DNA of 63,799 nucleotides, filler included, from Octopus bimaculoides (Eukaryota): NCBI RefSeq assembly GCF_001194135.2. It is 7 parts of 7 records of this genome, joined end to end, with 100 filler letters (N's around TTAATTAATTAA, not from the genome) between each part and the next. Parts side by side here need not be neighbours in the genome. Positions count along the whole stretch, not along the records: positions 1 to 26,850 come from NC_069005.1; positions 26,951 to 37,991 come from NC_069004.1; 5 more parts are not named here. The stretch is one strand, 5' to 3'. Each line of letters starts with the position of its first letter. Positions within the stretch are counted from its first letter, which is position 1. A program made the position numbers and the translations under genes. Shown piece by piece: positions 23,653 to 36,315 of this stretch. The notes below the pieces were generated by a model. That model saw only the letters and a program-made list of their open reading frames with translations, had not been told where the DNA came from and did not search any database.

Positions 23653-23985
23653 ATATATATATATATATATATATACATATATAGTATGAGTTTGTATGCC
23701 TGAAATAGTTGATGATTCATTCCATTGCTACTCAGAGTTTCTTGGTTGTAAGTGATCTCTTGAACAGGGACAGCTTTGAATGAAAATATACATCTGCATA
23801 TATACATACTATTTGTACATAGATGTGTGCGTGTGTGTGTGTGCATGTGCAGATATTCAACAGAAAACCCGAACTGCAACAAAGAGAAACCATTTTTTTT
23901 TTTCCTTTTCAAAAATGATTGCACTTTTTGGAAAAAGAAAATTACAAAAAAAAATTGTTTTAAGAAACAAAAAAATTAATAAGAA

Positions 23986-24106
23986 AAATTATAACATCAA
24001 AGCTAAGAAATATAAAGGGATGATTTTTTTTCTTTTTAAAAATAAATTATAACATCAAAGCTAAGAAATATAAAGGGATGATTTTTTTTCTTTTTAAAAA
24101 TAAATT
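23986..24106. repeat. 58-bp perfect tandem duplication
   Basis: AAATTATAACATCAAAGCTAAGAAATATAAAGGGATGATTTTTTTTCTTTTTAAAAAT occurs at 23986 and 24044. Confidence 0.9.
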
Positions 24107-24479
24107 TATAAAATATTTCTTAGGAAAAAAAGATAATAAAAAAAAAAACCCCAATAAAAAACAAACACAGATACGCCTTTCCTTAAAAATTTTGTTAAAC
24201 AATGAAACTGTATTGTGTTCTCCGTACAGAGTACAGAGATAAATGAAGTGTTTGTCTGTCTGTCTGTCTGCTGGTCTCAGAGAGAGAAAGAAAGGAAGCA
24301 AAAACCAGCATGAAATGGTGGTGGTTGTGGTGGGAGTGAGGTGGTGAATTCCTTTGTTACTGCTTTCTTTTTCTAATTACTTTATTTTTTTTTAGTTCAT
24401 TTTATTTTTTGTTCTTTTTTTAGAGGGGGAGGGGGGTAGTGGCATTTCTCTTTCTTTGGAATTGCTTCAAAAGGAAGCT

Positions 24480-24526
<47 letters not shown>

Positions 24527-25243
24527 ATGTATATATATATACATATATACATACACACACATATATATATACATACACATACATATATATATATATATAT
24601 ACATATATACATACATACATATATACACACATACACGACACAAATACATGTGCGCATATCATATATACATACAATGTGTATCTATATATATATATATATA
24701 TGTATATATGTGTGTTTATATATATATGNNNNNNNNNNNNNNNNNNNNNNNNNNNNNNNNNNNNNNNNNNNNNNNNNNNNNNNNNNNNNNNNNNNNNNNN
24801 NNNNNNNNNNNNNNNNNNNNNNNNNNNNNNNNNNNNNNNNNNNNNNNNNNNNNNNNNNNNNNNNNNNNNNNNNNNNNNNNNNNNNNNNNNNNNNNNNNNN
24901 NNNNNNNNNNNNNNNNNNNNNNNNNNNNNNNNNNNNNNNNNNNNNNNNNNNNNNNNNNNNNNNNNNNNNNNNNNNNNNNNNNNNNNNNNNNNNNNNNNNN
25001 NNNNNNNNNNNNNNNNNNNNNNNNNNNNNNNNNNNNNNNNNNNNNNNNNNNNNNNNNNNNNNNNNNNNNNNNNNNNNNNNNNNNNNNNNNNNNNNNNNNN
25101 NNNNNNNNNNNNNNNNNNNNNNNNNNNNNNNNNNNNNNNNNNNNNNNNNNNNNNNNNNNNNNNNNNNNNNNNNNNNNNNNNNNNNNNNNNNNNNNNNNNN
25201 NNNNNNNNNNNNNNNNNNNNNNNNNNNNNNNNNNNNNNNNNNN

Positions 25244-25316
<73 letters not shown>

Positions 25317-25439
25317 ATACATATATGTCCTATGGTATATAGATAGGAAGCAACAGAGTTGATGCACCACTTGGCAGCAAATGCAGCAGCCGGTTATTGA
25401 GATGTTTAAAGGTTCGACAAGGCTGTGCTGTTTGCCGTC

Positions 25440-25567
25440 CTATTCATTCCCCGCCTCCTCCTCGTCTTCATCCTCTTCCTCTTCCTCCATCAGTTTCTTT
25501 GCCAGCAGTACAGCCTGGTATTCATTATAATGTAGCTTACGCTTCTTCTCAAACAACAGGTGTTGCT
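25440..25567 (-). CDS. PPP1R2: Last coding exon of protein phosphatase 1 inhibitor-2 (IPP-2)
   Basis: Acceptor CTCCGCACTTTCAG with a phase-1 start. It reads (E)QHLLFEKKRKLHYNEYQAVLLAKKLMEEEEEDEDEEEAGNE*, which matches the inhibitor-2 motif FEMKRKLHYNE and its acidic tail. The upstream exons were not found. Confidence 0.85.
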
Positions 25568-25671
25568 CTGAAAGTGCGGAGCACAAAAAGAAAATAATAA
25601 TAATGATAATAATAATAATAATAATAAAATAATAAAAATAATTATAATAAAAATAATAATAATAATAATAA

Positions 25672-26250
25672 TGGTTTCAAATTTTGGCACAAGGCCATCA
25701 GTTTTGGGGCGGAGGCATAGCCAGTTACACCGACCCCACTGGTCCTTTTTTTCATCAACCCTGAAAGGATGAAAGGCAAAGGAAAGCTTGGCAGAATTTG
25801 AACTCAGAACATAAAGATGGATGAAATACTGCTAAGCATTTTGCCTGGCATGCTAACGATTCTGCCTGGTATGCTAACGATTCTGCCTGGCATGCTAACG
25901 ATTCTGCCTGGCATGCTAACGATTCTGCCAGCTTGCCACCCTTAATAATAATCTTTTCTACTAAAGGCACAAGGCATGAAATTTGTGGGGAGGGGTTTAG
26001 TGAATTACACTGATCCCAGTGTTTCACTGGTACTTAATTTATCGACCCTGAAAGGATGAAAGGCAAAGTCGACCTTGGCAGAATTTGAACTCAGAACATA
26101 GTGACAGGTGAAATACCATTAAGCATTCTGCCTGGCATGCTAACGATTCTGCCTGGTATGCTAACAATTCTGCCTGGTATGCTAACGATTCTGCCTGGCA
26201 TGCTAACGATTCTGCCTGGCATGCTAACGATTCTGCCAGCTCACTGCCTT
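25672..26250 (-). mobile_element. Two tandem SINE family A copies, each with an expanded internal 21-bp repeat
   Basis: Copies at about 25672-25943 and 25953-26250. The unit CTGCCTGGCATGCTAACGATT is repeated about 4 times in the first and about 5 times in the second. Confidence 0.9.
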
Positions 26251-26315
26251 AATCGACTCCAAAAGGATGAAAGGCAAAGATGACCTAATAATTATAATAA
26301 TAATAATAATAGTCA

Positions 26316-26822
26316 TCGTCATCATCATTTAACATCTGTTTTCCATGCTGGCATGGGTGAGATGGTTTGACTGGTAAACCAGAGAGCTGCACCAGGCTCC
26401 TGTCTGTTTTGGCTTGGTCTCTATGGCTGGATGCCTTTTACGTATCGCCAGCATGGGTGCTTCTTATGTGTCACCGGCACAGATGCCTTTCACGTGTCAC
26501 CAGCACAGGTGCTTCTTACTTGTCACCAGCATGAGTGCCCTACACCTGTCTCCGGCACGGGTGCCTTACACATTTCTCTGGCACAGGTACCTTCTATGGG
26601 GCAATGTTTCAGGGATGAAGGATATTCTTGGATAGAAATTATTTTGATAGGTTTTATTAGACCTGCATACCTCAGAGACATACATTTGAGATAGGTTAGG
26701 AAGGGCATCCAGCTGTAGAAACTCTGCCAGATCAGATTGGAGCCTGGTGCAGCCATCTGGTTCACCAGTCCTCAGTCAAATCATCCAACCCATGCTAGCA
26801 TAGAAAGCGGACATTAAACGAA
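26316..26822. mobile_element. Divergent pair of RTE LINE 3' ends (minus about 26316-26450, plus about 26690-26822)
   Basis: TTAGGAAGGGCATCCAGCTGTAGAAAC...CATGCTAGCATAGAAAGCGGACATTAAACG. The same 3' end is attached to RT-coding sequence at 60510-61640. Confidence 0.8.
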
Positions 26823-26850
26823 ACAATAAATATATATATATATATATATA

Positions 26851-26950
26851 NNNNNNNNNNNNNNNNNNNNNNNNNNNNNNNNNNNNNNNNNNNNTTAATT
26901 AATTAANNNNNNNNNNNNNNNNNNNNNNNNNNNNNNNNNNNNNNNNNNNN
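26851..26950. other. Assembly join: 44 N + TTAATTAATTAA + 44 N (also 37992-38091, 45428-45527, 53124-53223, 57790-57889, 61973-62072)
   Basis: All six blocks are identical and exactly 100 bp. The 12-mer gives stops in all six frames, so it is an artificial spacer. Confidence 0.95.
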
Positions 26951-27140
26951 ATATATATATATATATATATATATATAGGTGAGGTTAAGTTAGAGGTTAT
27001 AACAACGGTCTAAGGGATAACTTGCATCCTATGAACCCACTGGTGTATTACGTATATTTAATCACGAGCATTGGTGTTAATACTCGTAAATGATATGTAA
27101 AGACAAAAATAAACTAGAGTTTATCAATATTCAAGGACAG

Positions 27141-27546
27141 CAGAAAATGGAGATACAATTAATAGATAACAATTGATTTACATCAATTATCATTTATCAC
27201 TTAATTACAAAAAGACAGAATCTCAAGTTACAGCTCTCGACCGGTCGAAAGTTTGACAGTGGGTCAGCATGTAGTACCAATTGATTATCACCGTTCTCAC
27301 TTTCTCCTTTTTCTTTTTACTTATATTTTATTTACTTCTCCGCTCTGATGAAGTTTCGTGATTCAAATTGGTATAACTAATTACCTGCAATGATAACTAT
27401 CATTATTAATATTATTGTGGCGGTTAGAACTGAGAATCATGCTAACTGAAACAGCTTAAGTTGAGATTCTGACTTTTTGTAATTAATTAATAAATGGTAA
27501 TTGATGTAAATCAATTGTTATCTATTAATTGTATTTCCATTTTCTG
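27141..27546. mobile_element. Penelope-like inverted-repeat remnant with a damaged hammerhead motif
   Basis: Arms of about 90 bp (27141-27235 and 27452-27546). CUGAUGA is at 27345-27351, stem II is AGUU..UGAUUC/GAAUCA..AACU, GAAA is at 27448-27451 and stem I is UCUCCGCU/AGUUGAGA. The G of AGCU-GUA is missing here but is kept in the inverted arm. Confidence 0.65.
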
Positions 27547-27557
27547 TTTTCCTTTTT

Positions 27558-27589
<32 letters not shown>

Positions 27590-27745
27590 TGCATGTATGT
27601 ACAAATGAGTCCAACTTCGATTTGTTGCAATGTAATAAAGCTTTGGTGTTAACGGATCTGTTCGATATTGAGCACTTAATTACTTTGGATTTGCATTTTG
27701 ATGTTAACATATTAATTCTCGATATATATGTGTTCTTATGCAAAA

Positions 27746-27809
<64 letters not shown>

Positions 27810-28094
27810 NNNNNNNNNNNNNNNNNNNNNNNNNNNNNNNNNNNNNNNNNNNNNNNNNNNNNNNNNNNNNNNNNNNNNNNNNNNNNNNNNNNNNNNNNNN
27901 NNNNNNNNNNNNNNNNNNNNNNNNNNNNNNNNNNNNNNNNNNNNNNNNNNNNNNNNNNNNNNNNNNNNNNNNNNNNNNNNNNNNNNNNNNNNNNNNNNNN
28001 NNNNNNNNNNNNNNNNNNNNNNNNNNNNNNNNNNNNNNNNNNNNNNNNNNNNNNNNNNNNNNNNNNNNNNNNNNNNNNNNNNNNNNNNNNNNNA

Positions 28095-28322
28095 TTGCTC
28101 GACATCCGATGTTGGTATGTTCGCGTTCCCCGTAACTTAGCGGTTCGGCAAAAACGACCGATAAAACAAGTACCAGGCTTACAAAGAATAAGTCCTGGGG
28201 TCGATTTCTTTTGACTAAAAGGCGGTGCTCCAGCATGGCCGCAGTGAAATGACTGAAACAAAAGAATAAAAGAAAAAGACTACACACACACACACACATA
28301 TGTATGTATGTATGCATGTATG

Positions 28323-28371
<49 letters not shown>

Positions 28372-28565
28372 CTTTTGCTCGTTTCAGTCGTTCAGCTGCA
28401 ACCATGCTGAGACTCCCTCGTCCCTTCTTGAAAGAATCAGTCGAACAAATCGACACTAGTATTTATTTTTTTAAAGCCTGGTACTTATATTGATCACTTA
28501 CTCCGAACCGCCAGAATATGGGACGTAAACATACCGATACCGACCATCAAGCGGTTGTGATGGAA
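28095..28565. mobile_element. SINE family C 3' halves in opposite orientations (plus about 28095-28265, minus about 28372-28565)
   Basis: CGTAACTTAGCGGTTCGGCAAAA...AAGGCGGTGCTCCAGCATGGCCGCAG matches the tail of 32192-32550. Confidence 0.75.
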
Positions 28566-28968
28566 CAAATACAAACACAAGGACACATACACACATATTT
28601 ATATACATACAAATAAATACCATGAGATTCGTGGAAGGAAATGCTTGAGTCGTGCAGGCCTGGTCGGCCATCAAAGAACTCGCAGGAATCAACTCATTGG
28701 AAATTATGATACGGCCATTTTTCACAAAAAGAACATTATATGCAACCTGTGCCTTTCAGTTGCAATACTGAAAAGGTATGTCAAAAGAGTTCGTACTGTG
28801 GCACCTGTTCCTTCTGCCAGCCAGCACAGCCGTGCAATATGGAACAGAATGTGCAGATCTTTCGCCGGGCTCAAGAGTCATATAAGGGAATCTCACATTG
28901 GATCGTAAATAACTCATTTCAGTGATTCTTTCTAGGAATGACTTTGCTCGTATACGAGAAAGTAGCTA

Positions 28969-29027
<59 letters not shown>

Positions 29028-29901
29028 NNNNNNNNNNNNNNNNNNNNNNNNNNNNNNNNNNNNNNNNNNNNNNNNNNNNNNNNNNNNNNNNNNNNNNNNN
29101 NNNNNNNNNNNNNNNNNNNNNNNNNNNNNNNNNNNNNNNNNNNNNNNNNNNNNNNNNNNNNNNNNNNNNNNNNNNNNNNNNNNNNNNNNNNNNNNNNNNN
29201 NNNNNNNNNNNNNNNNNNNNNNNNNNNNNNNNNNNNNNNNNNNNNNNNNNNNNNNNNNNNNNNNNNNNNNNNNNNNNNNNNNNNNNNNNNNNNNNNNNNN
29301 NNNNNNNNNNNNNNNNNNNNNNNNNNNNNNNNNNNNNNNNNNNNNNNNNNNNNNNNNNNNNNNNNNNNNNNNNNNNNNNNNNNNNNNNNNNNNNNNNNNN
29401 NNNNNNNNNNNNNNNNNNNNNNNNNNNNNNNNNNNNNNNNNNNNNNNNNNNNNNNNNNNNNNNNNNNNNNNNNNNNNNNNNNNNNNNNNNNNNNNNNNNN
29501 NNNNNNNNNNNNNNNNNNNNNNNNNNNNNNNNNNNNNNNNNNNNNNNNNNNNNNNNNNNNNNNNNNNNNNNNNNNNNNNNNNNNNNNNNNNNNNNNNNNN
29601 NNNNNNNNNNNNNNNNNNNNNNNNNNNNNNNNNNNNNNNNNNNNNNNNNNNNNNNNNNNNNNNNNNNNNNNNNNNNNNNNNNNNNNNNNNNNNNNNNNNN
29701 NNNNNNNNNNNNNNNNNNNNNNNNNNNNNNNNNNNNNNNNNNNNNNNNNNNNNNNNNNNNNNNNNNNNNNNNNNNNNNNNNNNNNNNNNNNNNNNNNNNN
29801 NNNNNNNNNNNNNNNNNNNNNNNNNNNNNNNNNNNNNNNNNNNNNNNNNNNNNNNNNNNNNNNNNNNNNNNNNNNNNNNNNNNNNNATATATATATATAT
29901 A

Positions 29902-30064
29902 TACGACGGGTTTCTTTCAGTCTACGTCTACAAAATCCACTCACAAGGCTTTGATCGACCCGAGGTTATAGTAGAAGACACTTGCTCAAGGTGCCACGCA
30001 GTGGAACTGAACCCGGAACCACGAGGTTGGGAAGCAAGTTTCTTATCACACAGCCACTCCTGCG
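29902..30064 (-). mobile_element. SINE family C 5' half
   Basis: Reverse complement of the head and B box GGTTCAGTTCC, followed by TGGCACCTTGAGCAAGTGTCTTCTACTATAACC. Confidence 0.85.
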
Positions 30065-31194
30065 TCTGAAAATATTGTCTTTGTTTTCTCTCTATTTCCA
30101 TGTATATACATTTTATATATCAAACCCAAACAGATTTGTTTATTTGCATCATTCTCTCTCTATCTATCCATAAATATATAGTTTTTCTCTCTCTCTTGTT
30201 TTTTTATTCTCTCTCCATTTTTTCCTCGTAATTCTTTCTGTCGAAGAGCGTAGGCTTGGCATGTAAAAGACTTTTCCATTTTCCCCAAGCATCTAATTAA
30301 TACGCCTGCTTGTTGTTTCTACACCTGTCTTCCCCTTTTGTTTTTCAATAAATTTCAACCAATATATATATATAATTACTCAGGGTAGGCAGTTGGTGAC
30401 CTTTATGTAGTAAAACACACACAAAAATGAGCAAAACAAAGGCACGCGACTGAGTTGAAGGCAGATTTACTTCTGCCTTTATAGCACGTAAAGAAAACGT
30501 TGTTGCAGGAATGTACGCGGCACATGTACTACAGCAGTATTGTGCATAGCTTAAATACTGAGATTGAAAAGCAGGGATGAATTATGCCAAACCTAATCTA
30601 TAAAAAGATAAAATTTTTCCATTTCATGCATAGTAGTCAGAGTAACCTTCATAATTTTACCGAATTAGGTACATATTTTGCCATGTTATAGATCTATTTT
30701 ATCCAAGGTAAGCACTACTTACCTAGACGGCACGTCCCTAATAATATAATGTGATGGGTTTCTTTCAGTTTCTGCCAGTCAAATCCACTCACCAGACTTT
30801 GGCCGGCCGGAGGCTAAAGTGGATCGTACGTGGTGACTGAACCCAAGACCACATAGTTAGGAAACAGGCTTCTTTAACCACACCTGCACCTATATGTGAA
30901 ATTTATGTTTTTCTAACTGTATTCTAAATATGTTAGTTTGAAAGATCATTATAGCTCATTATCTATATATATGCTAGCGAGTCCTACTCATTTCCTATCT
31001 TCAGCTGGTAAACCGAGCCTGCTTTTCGTTTGAAATATTCACTGAGCGAATGTTTTTTTTTGAAATATGAAATGAAAGTTTGAAAGAAACGTTTATCTTT
31101 ATGTCGCTTTGTTTAAAAACCATTTTCAATGGAACCTGCAAAAACGGCTGGTTCAAGCTCATGTTTTTGATTTTATTTCTGGGATTTCAAGTAT

Positions 31195-31590
31195 TATTAG
31201 CTTCAAATTTTAGCACAAGGCCAGCAATTTCGGAGGTGTGGGTAAGTCGACAACAGTACTCAGTTGGTACATATTTTATCGACCCCAGTAGCATTTGAAC
31301 TCAGAACGTAAAGTCGAAAGAAATGCTGCTAACCATTTTGTTCGCTTCGGGAACTATACTTCGAGCTCGCCGGATTAGTTCTCAGTGAGTTGGCAAAATC
31401 GTTAACATGCCGGGAAAATGCTTAGCGGCATTCCGTCCGCTTTTACGGTCTTTGTTCAAATTCTGAAGTCGACTTTGCCTTTCATCTTTTTGGAGTCGAA
31501 AAGATAGGTACCAGTTGAGCATTGGGATCGGTGCAATCGACTTAAACCCCTACCCCTAAATTGCTGGCCTTGTGCCAAATTTTGAAACCT
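31195..31590. mobile_element. Head-to-head pair of diverged SINE family A copies
   Basis: A minus copy at about 31195-31370 and a plus copy at about 31380-31590, with tails GCACAAGGCCAGCAATTT and TTGCTGGCCTTGTGCCAAATTTTGAAACC. Confidence 0.75.
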
Positions 31591-32191
31591 ATATTATAAA
31601 CTCAGCCGAGGTCATGAAACTGCGTTGTAGTTTAAGTAATATTTTAAAGCAATATTTTTTATGTTTTTAAAAACGTGTGTATGCACGAGTTAATTCTGCA
31701 TGCGCCGGTGCAGACGGGTACATATGGCCACATGTAAATTCATACATGCATATATACACATATCCACATATATTAAAACATATATCAATAAACTATATTA
31801 AACATTTCGAAACAAACATTTTTTCCTGAAACTGACCGAAATTCAAGGAGGTTTGTATTTACATAAAAGGTACTTAATCGCATGCATACAAGGCGCTAAC
31901 AGTTCAGTTCTTTTATTCAAAGCGTCAAGACGTTTATATGACCAGAAATGAAATCAAAAATGCGAGCTTCAAGCAGTAGTTTTCCCACGTGTCGTTCACA
32001 AAGATTTTTAAACAAAAGAATATAAGAGTAAGCATTTTCTTCAAACTTTCATATGCCAAGAACATATTTGAACATTGAGTATCTCAAAAGAAAAGCAGGC
32101 ACGGTTAACCAGCTGACGATCGGAAATGAATAACCATGAGAACTGGAAATTTGAGCCTTTCATTTATAATGTATTAAAGACTATTCTACAT

Positions 32192-32550
32192 TCATGGCTG
32201 TATGGTAAGTAGCTTGCTTACCAACTACATGCTTCCGGGTTCAGTCCCATTGCGTAGCAACTTAGGCAAGTGTCTTCTACTATATCCTCGGGCCGACCGA
32301 AGCCTTGTGTGGATTTCGTAGACGGAAACTGAAAGAAGGCCATCGTATATCTGTGTGTGTTTGTGCTTGTTCCCCACCACCATCGCTTGACAACCGATGT
32401 TTGTGTGTTTACGTCTCCGTAACTTAGCGGTTCGGCAAAATAGACCGATAGGATAAGTACTAGGTTACAAAGAATAAGTCCTGGGGTCGGTTTATTCAAC
32501 TAAAGGCGATGCTCCAGCATGGCCGCAGTCAAATGACTGACACAAGAATA
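32192..32550 (+). mobile_element. SINE family C, near full length
   Basis: tRNA-like head TGGCTGTATGGTAAG...CCGGGTTCAGTCCC, a body, and a tail ending CAAATGACTGACACAAG. Further copies occur at about 30755-30880, 43570-43680, 43725-43855 and 63620-63760. Confidence 0.85.
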
Positions 32551-33062
32551 TATGTGTATATGATTTTCGTTTACAGTTGTTTCTACTATCAAAGGCAGTA
32601 CACTCAGAGCTTAGTGCTTGTGCAACATATAGCTTCCATGGAGCCATCAGTGGCTTTGAGAAAACTATTGTATGTTGCAAAAACACTCAGCTCTTAGAGT
32701 ACTGCTTTACATAACAGAAACAGCTGTTAAGTTAACAAAGTTGAATGCGTAGTTCCCTTGTCATTTATGATGAGTAGACAAGGATAAATTATCCAGGCGA
32801 GTACAATAGAAGTACTCAGCTATAATCCGGACACAGGCTAACTGCATCAAGTTGTAAAGAGCACCCAGGATTACTTAGGGCGAGCCATTCCACTGTAATT
32901 ATTCCGATGGATAAATCCTGGGTTCGCTTCTCTGGATTATGAATATTTTACTGAGTGTATATGCAGATGAACTAATCTCTGTATTTATTTTAATTGTCTT
33001 TGCGTGTGTGACTGTGTGTAGAATGATACGAGTTTTCGTCAGGGGTACTCACACCATATAGA

Positions 33063-33286
33063 AAGGTGGCGAGCTGGCAGAAACGTTAGCACGCCGGACG
33101 AAATGCTTAGCGGTATTTCGTCTGCCGCTACGTTCTGAGTTCAAATTCCGCCGAGGTCGGCTTTGCCTTTCATCCTTTCGGGGTCAATTAAATAAGTACC
33201 AGTTACGCACTGGGGTCGATATAATCGAATTAATCTGTTTGTCTGTCCCCTCTGTGTGTAGCCCCTTGTGGGCAGTAAAGAAATAA
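33063..33286 (+). mobile_element. SINE family A, little-decayed copy
   Basis: Nearly all CpGs are retained; it has the A and B boxes and the GTGGGCAGTAAAGAAATAAG tail. Confidence 0.9.
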
Positions 33287-34004
33287 GATAGATAGATAGA
33301 TAGAAGTGAGTAGACAAACGAGTTACATATATGAATCAAAACAGTTTGAATTGAAGTCCTTGGTACTCTGAGATTCAAGCATGACGCCAACCTTCGGCCG
33401 TTGGGGTTGAAGATTAGCGTCACGCTTGAAACTCAGAGTACCAAGCAGTTCGAATTAAACTGTTTTGATCCACATATATATATATACATACACACCCAGA
33501 TATGTTTCTGCACGATAAATTACTAATCAGTCTGGAAGAATCCTAAAAAATTTGATGAAAAATGGTGACAGAAAAATAAGGAAAAAAAAGAGAAAAGACA
33601 TCATAACACATACAAGAAAAAAATCATTGAAAAGACCATTTTATTATTATTAGTAGTAATAGTATTATCTTTTTTTCTTAATTATATGGTCTGGCGTGGG
33701 GGTGGTAGGGTGGTGGAAGGAAATGTTGAGAGGCGCGGGGTATGGGGCGGCTTGAAGAAGAGAAAATTCATATATCTTAATGTGTGTCCTATTTTACAGG
33801 AATTGTTTGAAAACTGTTATTTCATAAAGAATATTTACCGATTGGTATATATTTTATATAGGTATATATAAGTATATACACACTTCAGTTCAAATTTTCT
33901 CTCTCTCTCACACATATACACACACACATATACAGACACATTATTATACAGGCATATGAGTGCATGTGTGATATATACTCATGCAGGTGCATATATATAC
34001 ATAC

Positions 34005-34024
<20 letters not shown>

Positions 34025-34035
<11 letters not shown>

Positions 34036-34485
34036 AGCTTTAAAACATCCTGGCAATTAAGCATTTCAAGGCCAGCGAGGTTAGCATTCTTCAGGGCATA
34101 TGTAGAGAGCATTCTTCTCTGTGGTGCTGGAAGTTGTTCTCTAAGGATTCAAGATGGCTTCGATGGTATACAGATAGACTTCTCAGGCTGATTCCAAATA
34201 TTTTGGTGGCATGATCACAAGATCAAAGCAGAGGTTTTATGAACGCAATCCACCCGACAATGTAGGGTAGGATTTGCTGGCCACTACTATCATGCTGTAA
34301 ACTAGGTCATATTTGGATGCTGTACTCTGGAAACTTCTAAACCCTTAATACAAGATGAAGATGCCTCAACTACATTGATGCCATTGGCAGGAACATACAA
34401 CCTGAAACTGAGGAATTACCAAAGGAAATGGCGGACACATATTCCTGGTGAGGCATCATGAAATGCATCTTGAAGTCACATGATG
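34025..34485 (+). mobile_element. Degenerate RTE-clade LINE ORF2 C-terminal fragment
   Basis: Reads ISRPARLAFFRAYVESILLCGAG..., then fragments VGFAGHY, LNYIDAIGRNI and EELPKEMAD, with frameshifts. These resemble the region following the RT domain in RTE elements. Confidence 0.65.
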
Positions 34486-34510
34486 AAGAGTGTGTATGTA
34501 TGTATGTATG

Positions 34511-34549
<39 letters not shown>

Positions 34550-35559
34550 TCACACACATATACACATACATATATGTATATATAATGTGCATGTATATAT
34601 TTATTATATCTATATACATGCACATATATGCACATACACACATATGCACACACACATATGCATACACGCAGATCGTGTCATTTAATACATAAAATCCTTT
34701 TTTTTTTGTGGGGGGGGGTTTTAAATTTTTATTTTATATCCAAATCAAATGTATCTGCATTTCGAACATCATCGTTATTTTCATTATCATTATTATCATC
34801 ATTGTCATCATCGTCGTCATCATTATTAATAATATTAAACCGTTTTTTTTTTGTCACACAAAAATACTGTGGGGNNNNNNNNNNNNNNNNNNNNNNNNNN
34901 NNNNNNNNNNNNNNNNNNNNNNNNNNNNNNNNNNNNNNNNNNNNNNNNNNNNNNNNNNNNNNNNNNNNNNNNNNNNNNNNNNNNNNNNNNNNNNNNNNNN
35001 NNNNNNNNNNNNNNNNNNNNNNNNNNNNNNNNNNNNNNNNNNNNNNNNNNNNNNNNNNNNNNNNNNNNNNNNNNNNNNNNNNNNNNNNNNNNNNNNNNNN
35101 NNNNNNNNNNNNNNNNNNNNNNNNNNNNNNNNNNNNNNNNNNNNNNNNNNNNNNNNNNNNNNNNNNNNNNNNNNNNNNNNNNNNNNNNNNNNNNNNNNNN
35201 NNNNNNNNNNNNNNNNNNNNNNNNNNNNNNNNNNNNNNNNNNNNNNNNNNNNNNNNNNNNNNNNNNNNNNNNNNNNNNNNNNNNNNNNNNNNNNNNNNNN
35301 NNNNNNNNNNNNNNNNNNNNNNNNNNNNNNNNNNNNNNNNNNNNNNNNNNNNNNNNNNNNNNNNNNNNNNNNNNNNNNNNNNNNNNNNNNNNNNNNNNNN
35401 NNNNNNNNNNNNNNNNNNNNNNNNNNNNNNNNNNNNNNNNNNNNAAAAAAAAAACACACAAGTACCTTAGTAGTCACTTGTAGCAGCAGCACACACACAC
35501 ATATGTATATATATATCACACACACACACTCACATCTACACACTTTTATATCTTTTTAG

Positions 35560-36270
35560 AATTGTACTGCAATGTACAGTACAGTACCAGTCCAAATAAT
35601 ACTGTACTGCATTTCCAATTCACATCTGATCGTTCTGTATTAAGTGGCACTGCACAGTTTTCTGTCATCGTTTCTGCACTGCTTTGTACTGTATATTTCA
35701 CCAAACTGCATTGCACATTTCACCATATGATCACAGCATTTTGCTGTAGAATTCTGTATTATTCCTCACCAAACTGCGCCACACACTGAACTGTATGTTT
35801 TCACCAGCAAACCACAATGCATTTTTATTATATTCTGCAGTAAATTTCACAAAATTGGACCTTGCTGTGTTTTGAAAAAGTGCATTTTACATTTCATTGT
35901 ATTTTTCCTCTGCATTGCAATGCACTGTATAATTCATTATACTGAAACAGCATTGTATATTTCACCATACTGCACACTGCAAATTCAACCAACTGCAACC
36001 CAACTTTGATGTTACACTTCACTATATTATTGCACCACATTGCAATCTACAACAAAATATTGCACCATTTTCAACAAGTCCATTCCACATTGCAGCATGC
36101 AACTGTCATATATAATACACCACAAGTCTTAACAACAATGTACAACATCAAAACTGCAGTATTAATACTGCATCACTCTAAATTTATCAGTTCTTTAGTA
36201 TGCAATGCGTTATGCATTCGTTCATAAAACAACCACAACTGTTCACTGCAATGTACTCCCTTGAGAAAGG

Positions 36271-36315
<45 letters not shown>

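Noticed and set aside
26895-26906. TTAATTAATTAA repeated six times as a possible regulatory motif or CRISPR-like repeat
   Set aside because: It is always centred in exactly 88 Ns, so it is an assembly spacer.
30225-30365. Hammerhead-like CTGTCGA-AGAGC-GTAG-GCTT motif, and CTGATGA-GGTCC at 50383
   Set aside because: The GAAA and cleavage-site nucleotides are mutated. I kept them only as probable decayed Penelope-type tails, not as ribozymes.
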